Shown: positions 19,746 through 29,100 of the stretch, one piece after another
How positions within the stretch are numbered: position 1 is the first letter of the stretch
How the letters are laid out: each line of letters starts with the position of its first letter
The notes under the pieces: model-generated
What the model was told of the DNA's origin: nothing
Database searches by the model: none
Seen by the model: only the letters and a program-made list of their open reading frames with translations
Program-made: the position numbers and the translations under genes
Assembly (NCBI GenBank): GCA_018651725.1
Contig: JABIDK010000001.1
Location: 748-64,747, forward strand
DNA from: Candidatus Falkowbacteria bacterium
GTDB lineage: Bacteria; Patescibacteriota; Patescibacteriia; JAACEG01
DNA length: 64,000 bases
Direction: 5' to 3'

Positions 19746-20384
19746 ATGACAAAAACTGAAATTATAAAAATTAATTTGCAGAATCCGGAGAAGGATAAAA
19801 TTAAAAAAATCGCCAAAGTTATTAAAGTTGGTGGGGTTGTTGTTTTTCCGACCGACACTGTTTATGGATTGGGTGGTGATGCTTTGAATAAAAAAACAAT
19901 TAAAAAAATCTTTCAAATTAAAAAAAGAGCGTTAAATAAACCGCTCCTTATTAATATCGCTAGAAAAAAGGATTTAAAAAAATATGTAAAAAAAATTCCA
20001 AGTACTGCCAAGCCTTTAATAAAAAACTTTTGGCCCGGACCACTCACAATAATATTTGAAAAATCAGAAATTATCCCAAACGAACTAACCAATAATTCCC
20101 CCTACATCGGTATCAGAATTCCAAACAATAAAATTACTTTAAAATTAATAAAAGAAATTAATTCCCCTCTTATCTCAACAAGCGCTAATGTCTCCGGCAA
20201 GGCAACTCTAAATAATATAGAAGATATTATAAAAACCTTCAAAGATAGCGTTGATATTATAATAGACGGAGGCAATACAACTACAAATAAAGGCTCCACA
20301 ATAATAGATCTAACAAAAGAAAAACCCCTTATCCTAAGAAAAGGGGCAATAACAGACACAAAACTAATAGATTGTCTTGTTTAA
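19746..20384 (+). CDS. tsaC: L-threonylcarbamoyladenylate synthase (Sua5/YrdC)
   Basis: FPTDTVYGLG; K.R..NKPL; FWPGPLT; STSANVSG. Confidence 0.95.
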   Translation: MTKTEIIKINLQNPEKDKIKKIAKVIKVGGVVVFPTDTVYGLGGDALNKKTIKKIFQIKKRALNKPLLINIARKKDLKKYVKKIPSTAKPLIKNFWPGPLTIIFEKSEIIPNELTNNSPYIGIRIPNNKITLKLIKEINSPLISTSANVSGKATLNNIEDIIKTFKDSVDIIIDGGNTTTNKGSTIIDLTKEKPLILRKGAITDTKLIDCLV

Positions 20385-20398
20385 ATTAAATAATTAAA

Positions 20399-22162
20399 TT
20401 ATTTTTCAAAGTAATCTTCAATTACTTTTTCAGCTAAAAGTTTAAAGCGATCAAGCCCTGCTATAGCCTGTGGTTCATCCCGGTCAATGCGTCGCTCAGG
20501 AAATCCGATGTCTATATCTCCTGCCTTTTTGTCTATTCCCTGATCCTTTCTCCATTGCAAAAGCGCCCTGGTTGGATCCACTCCTTTATAATAAACAATT
20601 TTTGAAGGTTTTTTTGTTGGATTTTTCGCAAAATGTTCCTCCCAAAATTCTTTAGAATTTATCGTATCCTGCGCTTCTAAAAATAAAATACTTTTATCTT
20701 CCAATGCTTTATCTATACTTAAATCAACTGAATGACCTGGATACTTTATTCCTTTTTCTTCACTCTTTTTCTCTTGAGAAAAATATTGTGAATTATCAAG
20801 AATAGCGGATTGTAGTCGTTGATCAGATATGCCAAATTCTTGTTTTAATAGCTGACGAAACGGTTCCAATTTTTTTAATTTTAATGATGCCATGGCTTGC
20901 GCATCACCACCATATCGAGTAAGTTCCCAAAATACTTTCGAAAGTTGTTTTTCAAAATTATAAAAATCCGGTGAATCTACTACATGTCTAATTGCGTCTT
21001 GATAGTCAGAATTTTCAATCGGGTTGTTATTTTTATCAAGCTTATATCGCGACCCGGTTTTTTTGTCCACTTTTGCTTCTTCGGGAATAAAAATAATTCC
21101 GGCGTTTAAATCCATACCCCTTTCTTCATTTGCCCAAACCCATTGATCATTCCAATAATCACCACGACTCATCTCGTCTCCTAATTGACCGCTAAAATAA
21201 TATTGTGAGGCAACATGGGCAGAAGGATAAGTAATAAAAATCTCATTCCCCTTTTCAGATCCATAATATGTATCAGCGACTTCTTCTGTGGCAAAATGGA
21301 TAGCCGCCCTGTCTACATAAGTTCCAGGCTCTCCCTGTCTTCCAAACCCACCTTCTGTAGTTATGAAAGCAAGAGATTCTAAGGCTTCTTCTTTGTTTTT
21401 AAACATGTTAAGCTCAAGAAATTTTACAAGAGCTTGTTCCTTTTCGTTTTCAATTAGATAAACACCAAGAGGTGAACGCAATCTTCCGTCTTCAACCATT
21501 TTCATAAAACCGCCAAAGTAAGCGCCCTTACCTGCGGTATGATGCATATGTCCAACATGATCACGAATCCCCTGTCTTGTAACGTGGGTAACCATTTCGC
21601 GTGGAAATCTTTTAAGTAAAAGCGTGTAATCTTCAAGCGACAGCGAAGCTAAATTTTCCTCAGAAAAATATTTTATAATATCTTCTTTTGAATACTCGCT
21701 CCTTGCCCACTTTTCTTCTTGTTCTTTATAAAAATTATCCAGCATTGCCCTGACACCCTCTATTCCCGATGGCGTTTCTTGTGATTTCAACTTTTCAGAA
21801 ACTGTCTGTAATTCAGTAATCCCTTTATCTTGCTGTTGTTTTAATTTCTCGTACGTTCGCTGTCCAACGACGGCATCGGCTCGAACCTTTTTTAACTTAA
21901 AATAATTTAACAGCTCCTTAAATCCTGAATTGGAAAGCTCGGTAATTTCGCTTTCCAATTTGCGGATAGCTTCCAGTTTTTTATCCAAAGATTTTTCGCG
22001 TTCACCGGTAGTTTCTTGCAATTCAGAGCGTCTTTCCGTTTGAGCCCTTTTTTCGGTAAAGTGTTCTGCTCGCTTAGCCCTAATTGTCTGAGCAGTCTGT
22101 TGTCGTTCTTCCGGCGATTTTTCTTTAGAAAAGTCTCTTATAAATTTTGGTGTTTTATCCAT
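20399..22162 (-). CDS. Hypothetical protein with N-terminal coiled coil
   Basis: 587-aa ORF; no recognised family. Confidence 0.8.
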   Translation of the reverse strand: MDKTPKFIRDFSKEKSPEERQQTAQTIRAKRAEHFTEKRAQTERRSELQETTGEREKSLDKKLEAIRKLESEITELSNSGFKELLNYFKLKKVRADAVVGQRTYEKLKQQQDKGITELQTVSEKLKSQETPSGIEGVRAMLDNFYKEQEEKWARSEYSKEDIIKYFSEENLASLSLEDYTLLLKRFPREMVTHVTRQGIRDHVGHMHHTAGKGAYFGGFMKMVEDGRLRSPLGVYLIENEKEQALVKFLELNMFKNKEEALESLAFITTEGGFGRQGEPGTYVDRAAIHFATEEVADTYYGSEKGNEIFITYPSAHVASQYYFSGQLGDEMSRGDYWNDQWVWANEERGMDLNAGIIFIPEEAKVDKKTGSRYKLDKNNNPIENSDYQDAIRHVVDSPDFYNFEKQLSKVFWELTRYGGDAQAMASLKLKKLEPFRQLLKQEFGISDQRLQSAILDNSQYFSQEKKSEEKGIKYPGHSVDLSIDKALEDKSILFLEAQDTINSKEFWEEHFAKNPTKKPSKIVYYKGVDPTRALLQWRKDQGIDKKAGDIDIGFPERRIDRDEPQAIAGLDRFKLLAEKVIEDYFEK

Positions 22163-22259
22163 AGGTTTTGCCTAATTAATTCTGTTTATATTATATCTTA
22201 AAAAATTATATTAATAAAGTAAAAAGGGAAGAGTATTATTCTTCCCTTAGGGTTATTTG

Positions 22260-22550
22260 CTATCCATGGGCGGCAATAAGCACTTTATTGTTCCGGCCAT
22301 CATCATAAAATACCTTACGAGTTTTATGAACAACCGAATGAAAAACAACTAAATACGCCCATACGGCCATTGGACCGGTAAGTACAACCTCTTCAATGTT
22401 AATATCCATTGTGGCGATATTTCTGCCTACAATATTAACTGCTTCTTCCACCGGAGTAATTAGATTTAACCGTCCAGCCACTTCGGTAATCTCGCAACCA
22501 TTATATAGGTTAGTGTTTGTGAGACCGAGATTAATAGTCTTAACAACCAT
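22260..22550 (-). CDS. Hypothetical protein
   Basis: SD GAGGTG; terminator hairpin at about 22223-22248. Confidence 0.7.
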   Translation of the reverse strand: MVVKTINLGLTNTNLYNGCEITEVAGRLNLITPVEEAVNIVGRNIATMDINIEEVVLTGPMAVWAYLVVFHSVVHKTRKVFYDDGRNNKVLIAAHG

Positions 22551-22632
22551 TTTGTCACCTCTTTATTATTTATTTTACGCTGACTATTTACCAAGGAGCA
22601 ACGATATCTCCTTTTTCAATACAACGAAAAAA

Positions 22633-23019
22633 CTATCTCCGCCATTTTCTCGCTACATCGTCAAGTTTACTCTGGAAATAGGCATCAGAGTGTTCGTGTC
22701 CGGTCATATCGGACACTTTGTCCTCTCTAATTGAAGCGTAATCCCCAACAGGAAGTTTGGACCCTACATTTTTTCTAGCTATCATGCAACTACCCATCCC
22801 ATTGGTATACCGCATGTACTCAACGGTAAAAGAGGTTTTTATAGTCTCAAAATTAACCCTGACTTTGATACTATTAATTTTGTTTATGTTCGCAAACTCG
22901 AACACAAACATTGCGATAGGCTTGAACTGGTGTAACATGCACCAACTATTATGGGCGTTAAAATTATTCTCTTCCCTCCATGGGAGGGTAGTTAAAAACT
23001 CCCTTAATTCTTTTTCCAT
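22633..23019 (-). CDS. Hypothetical protein
   Basis: SD GAGGAGG upstream. Confidence 0.7.
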   Translation of the reverse strand: MEKELREFLTTLPWREENNFNAHNSWCMLHQFKPIAMFVFEFANINKINSIKVRVNFETIKTSFTVEYMRYTNGMGSCMIARKNVGSKLPVGDYASIREDKVSDMTGHEHSDAYFQSKLDDVARKWRR

Positions 23020-23083
23020 TTGTTCCTCCTCTCCGATATTTTATTCCCTCGGCAGCGGGGTTTTGGGTTTTTAAAGAACTTTT

Positions 23084-23133
23084 ACTTCCTCTAAGTCTAC
23101 TTCACCGATTGAAATAAACTTGGAAAAAGTGGG
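23084..23133 (-). repeat. 50-bp direct repeat copy 1 (RNA hairpin followed by boxA-like motif)
   Basis: Identical to 24755-24804. Confidence 0.9.
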
Positions 23134-23346
23134 AATTTTTGAACTTATGGTATTCCCAAACCATATTGTAAACGCTAACGTGGTTTACTTGTAATAATTT
23201 TGACTTGAAATTATCACACCGTCGCTGTTTTCGCATAAAGCGGATTAGAATCGGTTTACTCATTCCCGATTCAGCGATGCTTGTTTATTTATATAGCGTA
23301 GCTGTACGGATTTCTCCTGCAAGCTCTGCGCTTGACGACAAGAAGT

Positions 23347-23529
23347 CTAGCCTCTTTTTCTCTTTCGAGAATAAGGATAATCTTCATCCTGAGAATAAAA
23401 ATCATCCCTGTCGTCGTTCTCTATCAGATTGCTATGTCTGCAATCTTTGCAGACATGCTTGTAGTGTATCTTTGTACGATACATGCAATCCCGAAGAGGG
23501 AATTGGCAATGGTCCTTTTTCCAAGTCAT
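23347..23529 (-). CDS. Small Cys-rich protein
   Basis: SD GGAGGT before the ATG at 23529; Cys pattern C-x5-C...CxxC. Confidence 0.6.
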   Translation of the reverse strand: MTWKKDHCQFPLRDCMYRTKIHYKHVCKDCRHSNLIENDDRDDFYSQDEDYPYSRKRKRG

Positions 23530-23722
23530 AACCACCTCCAAAGAGTTAACGCACTCTAAAATATCTCTTTATTCCCAAAATTTTAACCCGCGTCACCAAG
23601 TTTTATATTTGGTATTCAGAAACATCCTTTCGCGCCGACGTTTCATCAAGGTACAGCCGGAACCCGTTTTTGTTGAAGCGGGTGAAAACAAAAATTGCTT
23701 CCACCCGTAAATAACCTAGCTC

Positions 23723-24373
23723 TTACTTTTTATCAATAAGAGCTTCAAGAATTTTGCCCCAGTCTTTACCGTACTCAGCAAAATCCGTACCAGTCCCATC
23801 GCATCTCCAGCACTTATATTTTTCATCATCGCGTTTTATGCTGCCAGCCCCGCTACAGCCTGAACACTCACGCTCAGTGCCGTTTATGCCAACTGTTGAA
23901 ATACAGTTGGTAAATATAGCTTTTGCTCCATCAATTTGAAATTGATGATAATTCAAATTATCAAGCATGGCTGAGGTTGGATGGTGATGATGATTCATGT
24001 CTGTAGCAACGGCTACAAATTTAGCACCGCTCTTTGCGGCCTCTAACGCGAGCGCCCATCCTACGGGCATTACCTTGCCAACATGCCTCAAGCCTTCACC
24101 ACCTTGCGCCATTTTTCCTGCCGGCATAAGAAGATCGCACAGGACTGCGTCCCAAAAAGGGTCTGTTTCATTTTTGTTTAAGCCTGGCCAATTCGTGCCG
24201 TCAATCTCATGCTCCTCAGCCCTCCTTAGAAGCTCTTTTTCATAACCTCTTTTGCTTAAGAGATTATAAGCTTCGTCATGAGATGAACATGTTGTTAGCG
24301 CATGTTCGCCACCCAAAGTCTGCTCTGCCGCCTTAAGGTGCCTCTCGTTGTCATCAATTACTAAAATATTCAT
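23723..24373 (-). CDS. Receiver-domain-like protein with DnaJ-type zinc finger
   Basis: MNILVIDD, AVLCDLLMP, DMNHHHHP, CSGCSGAG...CWRCDGTG. Confidence 0.75.
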   Translation of the reverse strand: MNILVIDDNERHLKAAEQTLGGEHALTTCSSHDEAYNLLSKRGYEKELLRRAEEHEIDGTNWPGLNKNETDPFWDAVLCDLLMPAGKMAQGGEGLRHVGKVMPVGWALALEAAKSGAKFVAVATDMNHHHHPTSAMLDNLNYHQFQIDGAKAIFTNCISTVGINGTERECSGCSGAGSIKRDDEKYKCWRCDGTGTDFAEYGKDWGKILEALIDKK

Positions 24374-24530
24374 AACATTTCTCCAGCCCCTGAAATACCC
24401 CGAGGCACGGGTTAGCCACGATATGCAGCTTTTTTTGAATTGGCAGTGTCGGCTTGCCAGGCCCCCGGGAGCTGCCCCTGAGTATTACAAGTCCGGTTTA
24501 AAGTCATGGACGTGGACTGATCTGCAAACC

Positions 24531-24725
24531 CTATACCGGCTCAGGATCCGGATGTAACCAAATGTCACATTGATCGCAAATGTCATAACCTTCAGCTACT
24601 TGGTTGTGACATCCTTTGCTGGCGCAGATTACCGGAGTGATTGTTGCCAAAAACTCCGGATGTGCTTGTTGTTTTAGCACCGCCAATCGGCGACGCCTCC
24701 TCATGTTATTATCCTTATCGGACAT
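24531..24725 (-). CDS. Small Cys-rich protein
   Basis: SD GAGGT; CASKGC...CDQC. Confidence 0.6.
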   Translation of the reverse strand: MSDKDNNMRRRRRLAVLKQQAHPEFLATITPVICASKGCHNQVAEGYDICDQCDIWLHPDPEPV

Positions 24726-24754
24726 GGCAACACCTCATTATTTAGTTTTAAAGA

Positions 24755-24804
24755 ACTTCCTCTAAGTCTACTTCACCGATTGAAATAAACTTGGAAAAAG
24801 TGGG
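24755..24804 (-). repeat. 50-bp direct repeat copy 2
   Basis: Identical to 23084-23133. Confidence 0.9.
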
Positions 24805-25057
24805 GAATGTTTATTGAGCCTCCCCCTTAGTTAAATAGTTTTTGTAATGAACATCTAATCTTTATTATTCTTACAATATCACAAAGCAAATAAACTGTCA
24901 GTAAAAATGTAAAAAATGTAAATTTTTATTAAAATTTATTTTATTACCTCGTTTTTTTAGCTTAAATATTGACAAAATTGATATATATAGTATAATATAA
25001 AAAATGACCCTTCTGTCGACAAAATTAAAAAATACTAAATAATTAACAAAAAAATTT

Positions 25058-25786
25058 ATGCTATTAAAAACATTACAAAAAATCGGGCTTAATGAAAAAG
25101 AGGCCAAGGTTTATTTGGCCTCCCTGGAATTGGGCGAAACAAACATACAAAGGATCTCCAAAAAATCAGGGGTAAAAAGAACAACTGTTTACGATATATT
25201 GGAATCGTTAAAAAAAAGAGGGCTAATCAGCACCTTTAAAAAAAATAAAAAAATCTTTTACTATGCGGAATCGCCAAAATCCCTAGACAAAGACCTTGAT
25301 GAAAAAAAAGAATTATTAAAACAGGCCATGTCGGAGCTAATGTCAATTTCCAATCTCATAGATAAAAAGCCGAAGATTAGATACTTTGAACATGTCGAGG
25401 GAATAAAAGAAGTTTATTTGGACACATTAAACTATCCGGAACAAGAAATGGTTTCATGGATCGCTGAAGAAGCTTTTTATAATTTTGATGTTGATTTTTT
25501 AAATAGCTATTATCATCCCAAAAGATTAAAGAAAAAAATTTGGACAAGAGAAATCGCCTCTGATGATCCGGAAACTCAAAAATATAAAAGAGATGATGAA
25601 AAAAGCCTAAGAAACACAAAACTATTATCAGCAGAAGACTTCCCTTTGGATGTAAGTATAAACCTGTACGGAAAAAATAAAATCGGCATTATGTCGTTTG
25701 ACGAAGAAATAGGCATAATAATAGAAAGTGAAAAAATTTATGTTACATTGAAAAGTATGTTTGAATTTGCTTGGGGTAAATTATAA
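25058..25786 (+). CDS. TrmB-family transcriptional regulator
   Basis: LQKIGLNEKEAKVYLASLELG...KRTTVYDILESL HTH; C-terminal effector domain. Confidence 0.9.
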   Translation: MLLKTLQKIGLNEKEAKVYLASLELGETNIQRISKKSGVKRTTVYDILESLKKRGLISTFKKNKKIFYYAESPKSLDKDLDEKKELLKQAMSELMSISNLIDKKPKIRYFEHVEGIKEVYLDTLNYPEQEMVSWIAEEAFYNFDVDFLNSYYHPKRLKKKIWTREIASDDPETQKYKRDDEKSLRNTKLLSAEDFPLDVSINLYGKNKIGIMSFDEEIGIIIESEKIYVTLKSMFEFAWGKL

Positions 25787-25878
25787 ATTTTCGAAATAAA
25801 AAACAAATAAAAGATTTTTATAAAAGAAAAAGCGGTTAGGAGAGTTCTAACCGCTTATTTTATTTAGGTTAATTTAAA

Positions 25879-26139
25879 TTAATGAGCATACTTTGGTTCC
25901 GGAGGATTTTGTTTTCCGCACTTGGTGCAAATTTCAACTATTAAACCCTCGGTTCTTTTGATTGGTGCTTTGCAACACCGACTTTTTTCAATTATAAGCC
26001 CTCCAACTTGATGATACGGATTTGGCCCTGGACAAATATTTTTAAGTATTTTGCTTAAACATTTTTTACAAATACATGCCCTAATTTCGTCTTCCTCTAA
26101 ATCATTTTTGCATTGGCTACACATCCATCTTATCGACAT
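25879..26139 (-). CDS. Small multi-CxxC zinc-finger protein
   Basis: SD GGGAG; CSQC, CKKC, CTKC; terminator downstream. Confidence 0.65.
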   Translation of the reverse strand: MSIRWMCSQCKNDLEEDEIRACICKKCLSKILKNICPGPNPYHQVGGLIIEKSRCCKAPIKRTEGLIVEICTKCGKQNPPEPKYAH

Positions 26140-26318
26140 TTTACTTCTCCCTAATTTTATTTATTTTTTTTAATTTTACACCCCTGACAAATTTATTTTT
26201 TTAGTTTTTTTATGTTAACATCTTGCAAAATTTTTGTAAAATAAATTAGTGGAATTTTTTATTTTAAGTAAAAAAAAGAGGACGACTAGGTGTCGTCCTT
26301 TGGGTTTGGGGTTATTGT

Positions 26319-26645
26319 TTAACGCAACTTAAAATGTTGCGTTCTTACTTTTTTGATCTCCATTTCCGGGTCGCAATTTATACATGCCCCGAGGAAAATT
26401 AACCGACCCTTTAAATGATTGCCGGAAAGCAAGGATTTGGCCGCCCTATGAATATTAGTGACCTTTTCGTACTCTTGTAAAAAATGCGTTGTCCCGCACT
26501 GGTCACAGATTACCCTACCCTGTTTTTTTACTTTTTTAACACATGAGGCACAAAGCCCCTCCCTTCTGTTGATTTCTAGAAAACATACCATACATTCGTA
26601 CGTTTTCCTTTTTACCGATATCGGTAATTGAAACAACTTTCCCAT
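26319..26645 (-). CDS. Small multi-CxxC zinc-finger protein
   Basis: SD AGGAGGT; four CxxC pairs; terminator downstream. Confidence 0.7.
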   Translation of the reverse strand: MGKLFQLPISVKRKTYECMVCFLEINRREGLCASCVKKVKKQGRVICDQCGTTHFLQEYEKVTNIHRAAKSLLSGNHLKGRLIFLGACINCDPEMEIKKVRTQHFKLR

Positions 26646-26656
26646 GAAAATACCTC

Positions 26657-27256
26657 CTATTTATTTAACTGTTTAAATTCTAGTGGTACTTTAGTAATTT
26701 CATTTTGCTCTTTTAACATTTTATCTCGTTCTACTTGGTCTCCTTTTATTTTGTCTACAATTTTATCTGCTATTGTTTTTATATATTTTAAATATTCTTC
26801 TTTTTCAAATTTAGAATCAGGTATCTCTCTTATTATGAGATCTGCCGCATAAGTATCCTTATTTTTATTCAAGGTGGCGTCCATTGTAATTATAGTATCA
26901 CCATACTGGATAAAACCGTCTACTTTATGACAATAGTCAAGCGGTGTATGTAAGGATGAGTAAAATTTCACCTCACCATACTCATCATCTTCTAGCATTT
27001 TTTCTTTAGATAAGAAGTCAACTACTGTGGCATGAATATCGTTAGCTATAGCTGACTCCGGATCGGTCGGATCTCCAACCTGTACCTCTTTAGCGAATTT
27101 TAAAGACTCATCGTAAGATAAATAACCATCATTTTCTTCCGCCTTTTTATATAAGTCCCTAAATACTTTGCTTTTAGGATTTTCTCTAGTTAGACCAAAA
27201 ACATACTCCTCGAATTGTCTACCGGTCCAGCCTGACCCTTGGTTTGGATTGTACAT
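26657..27256 (-). CDS. Hypothetical protein (possible degenerate PD-(D/E)xK fold)
   Basis: TPLDYCHKVDGF...ITMDATLN.NK motif. Confidence 0.65.
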   Translation of the reverse strand: MYNPNQGSGWTGRQFEEYVFGLTRENPKSKVFRDLYKKAEENDGYLSYDESLKFAKEVQVGDPTDPESAIANDIHATVVDFLSKEKMLEDDEYGEVKFYSSLHTPLDYCHKVDGFIQYGDTIITMDATLNKNKDTYAADLIIREIPDSKFEKEEYLKYIKTIADKIVDKIKGDQVERDKMLKEQNEITKVPLEFKQLNK

Positions 27257-27299
27257 ATTTTTTACAGATTAATAATAATAGCTTAGTTTCTAATTTTTG

Positions 27300-28217
27300 T
27301 CAAGGCAGACACTTAGCGCAGAACGATTTAAATAAATGTGTGCTTAAATATCTATCGCCTCGGTCGGGTAATATTGTTATAATATTGCCTGATTTTATTT
27401 TTTTAGCAATTTTTAGAGCGCCAACCACTGCTGCTCCGGAAGACATTCCAACGAACAAGCCTTCTTTTTGGGCGAGTTGCTTTGTTACTCTAAAAGCTTC
27501 TTCGTCTTTGACTGTAATTTTATCGTCCAGCATACCAAGATTGTAAATCCCCGGAACAATTGACTCTTCCATATTCTTTAGTCCTTGAATTGTATGATTT
27601 TTAGTTGGCTCTATCCCGATAATTTTAATTTTCTTATTTTGCTTTTTTAAATATTTCCCTGTTCCCATAATAGTTCCAGTTGTGCCAAGCCCGGCTACAA
27701 AATAATCTATCTTGCCTTTGGTTTGTTTAAAAATTTCCGGCCCGGTTGTTTTGTAGTGAGCTAAAATATTCGCCTGACTTTCAAACTGATTAGGCATATA
27801 ATATTTTTGTGGGTTTTTCTTTAAAATTTCATGCGCTTTTTTAATTGAACCATCGGTTCTAAATTTTCCGGGAGTAAGCACGGCTTCAGCTCCAAACGCC
27901 TCCAGAGTTCTTCGTCTTTCTATACTAACACACTCAGGCATTATCAGCTTTACCTTATAGCCCTTAGCCGCTCCAATCATAGCCAGTGAAATTCCGGTGT
28001 TCCCCGAAGTTGGCTCAAGAATAATTTTTCCTTTTTTAAGTTCACCGGATTTTTCCGCTGCTTCAATCATAAAAAGAGCTGTTCGATCTTTAATCGACCC
28101 GCCCGGGTTAGCGCCCTCAAATTTGGCAAATATTTTAACCTTGGAATTTTTATTTATATTTTTAAGCTCTATCAAAGGTGTATTACCAATTGAGCTTAGC
28201 AAAGTATAGTTTTTCAT
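27300..28217 (-). CDS. Cysteine synthase (CysK/CysM family)
   Basis: IGNTPL; NPGGSIKDR PLP lysine; EPTSGNTG; GLGTTGT. Confidence 0.95.
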   Translation of the reverse strand: MKNYTLLSSIGNTPLIELKNINKNSKVKIFAKFEGANPGGSIKDRTALFMIEAAEKSGELKKGKIILEPTSGNTGISLAMIGAAKGYKVKLIMPECVSIERRRTLEAFGAEAVLTPGKFRTDGSIKKAHEILKKNPQKYYMPNQFESQANILAHYKTTGPEIFKQTKGKIDYFVAGLGTTGTIMGTGKYLKKQNKKIKIIGIEPTKNHTIQGLKNMEESIVPGIYNLGMLDDKITVKDEEAFRVTKQLAQKEGLFVGMSSGAAVVGALKIAKKIKSGNIITILPDRGDRYLSTHLFKSFCAKCLP

Positions 28218-28220
28218 AAT

Positions 28221-28970
28221 TTATTCCATGAACAAAAACAGCATCATCACTCCTATTCCTAAGATAAATGAAACAAGTTGGATAAAGGATTTTTTAACGC
28301 CCATTTCTTTATTTAATTCGGGGATTAAGTCTGAGCCGGCGATATAAATAAATCCACCGGCAGCGAAGGGAACTAGAAATAAAGTAATATTTTCTACAAA
28401 AGAAGCGAGTATCAAAGCAACGATTACTCCAAAAATAGCTGTTAAAGCTGTTAAAAAATTAAAAAGCAAAGCTTTTCCCTTTGAGAATCCCCCGTGTAAA
28501 AGTACTCCGAAGTCACCTATTTCTTGAGGGATTTCGTGCAGAGCAACCGCTATTGTTGTGGCTATCCCCGCTGGGATACTCATCATAAAGCTTGCTCCAA
28601 TAATAAGCCCGTCTATAAAATTATGCACCGCGTCTCCGAATAAATTCATAAAAGCAAACGGATGCGGATGATCATCGCTGGTTGGAATATGACAATGACG
28701 CCAATGAATAAATTTTTCTATAATAAAGAAAAAAATTAATCCAGAGAGAACAGCTAGCGAAATATTCATTCCAAAGCCATGTTCCTCAACAATCTCCGGC
28801 AATAAATGCAAAAAGGCTCCACCGAAAAGAGACCCGGCAGAGAAACTAACCAAATAAAGTAAAATCTTTTTTAAATTTTCTATCCTAAGCGAAAGCGTAA
28901 AAAGTCCAACAAAAGAAATTAAGCTCACAATAAATACGCTCACTAGAGAATAAATCCAAACTTGTAACAT
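28221..28970 (-). CDS. ZIP-family metal transporter
   Basis: HWRHCH loop; HNFIDG; HEIPQEIGDF. Confidence 0.93.
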   Translation of the reverse strand: MLQVWIYSLVSVFIVSLISFVGLFTLSLRIENLKKILLYLVSFSAGSLFGGAFLHLLPEIVEEHGFGMNISLAVLSGLIFFFIIEKFIHWRHCHIPTSDDHPHPFAFMNLFGDAVHNFIDGLIIGASFMMSIPAGIATTIAVALHEIPQEIGDFGVLLHGGFSKGKALLFNFLTALTAIFGVIVALILASFVENITLFLVPFAAGGFIYIAGSDLIPELNKEMGVKKSFIQLVSFILGIGVMMLFLFME

Positions 28971-29100
28971 ATAACAATATACTTACACAAATAATTTATT
29001 TTGTACAGAATTGATTATGATCTTTTTTGTAAAGTAGGTTTTGGAGATTGTTGTACGCTCCTATTTTTTAATAAACAAAATTTCTTAAAATAAATGACCT

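Noticed and set aside
23626-23651. Hammerhead ribozyme-like UUGAUGA...GAAA
   Set aside because: The core deviates from CUGANGA, and stems II and III cannot be formed convincingly.
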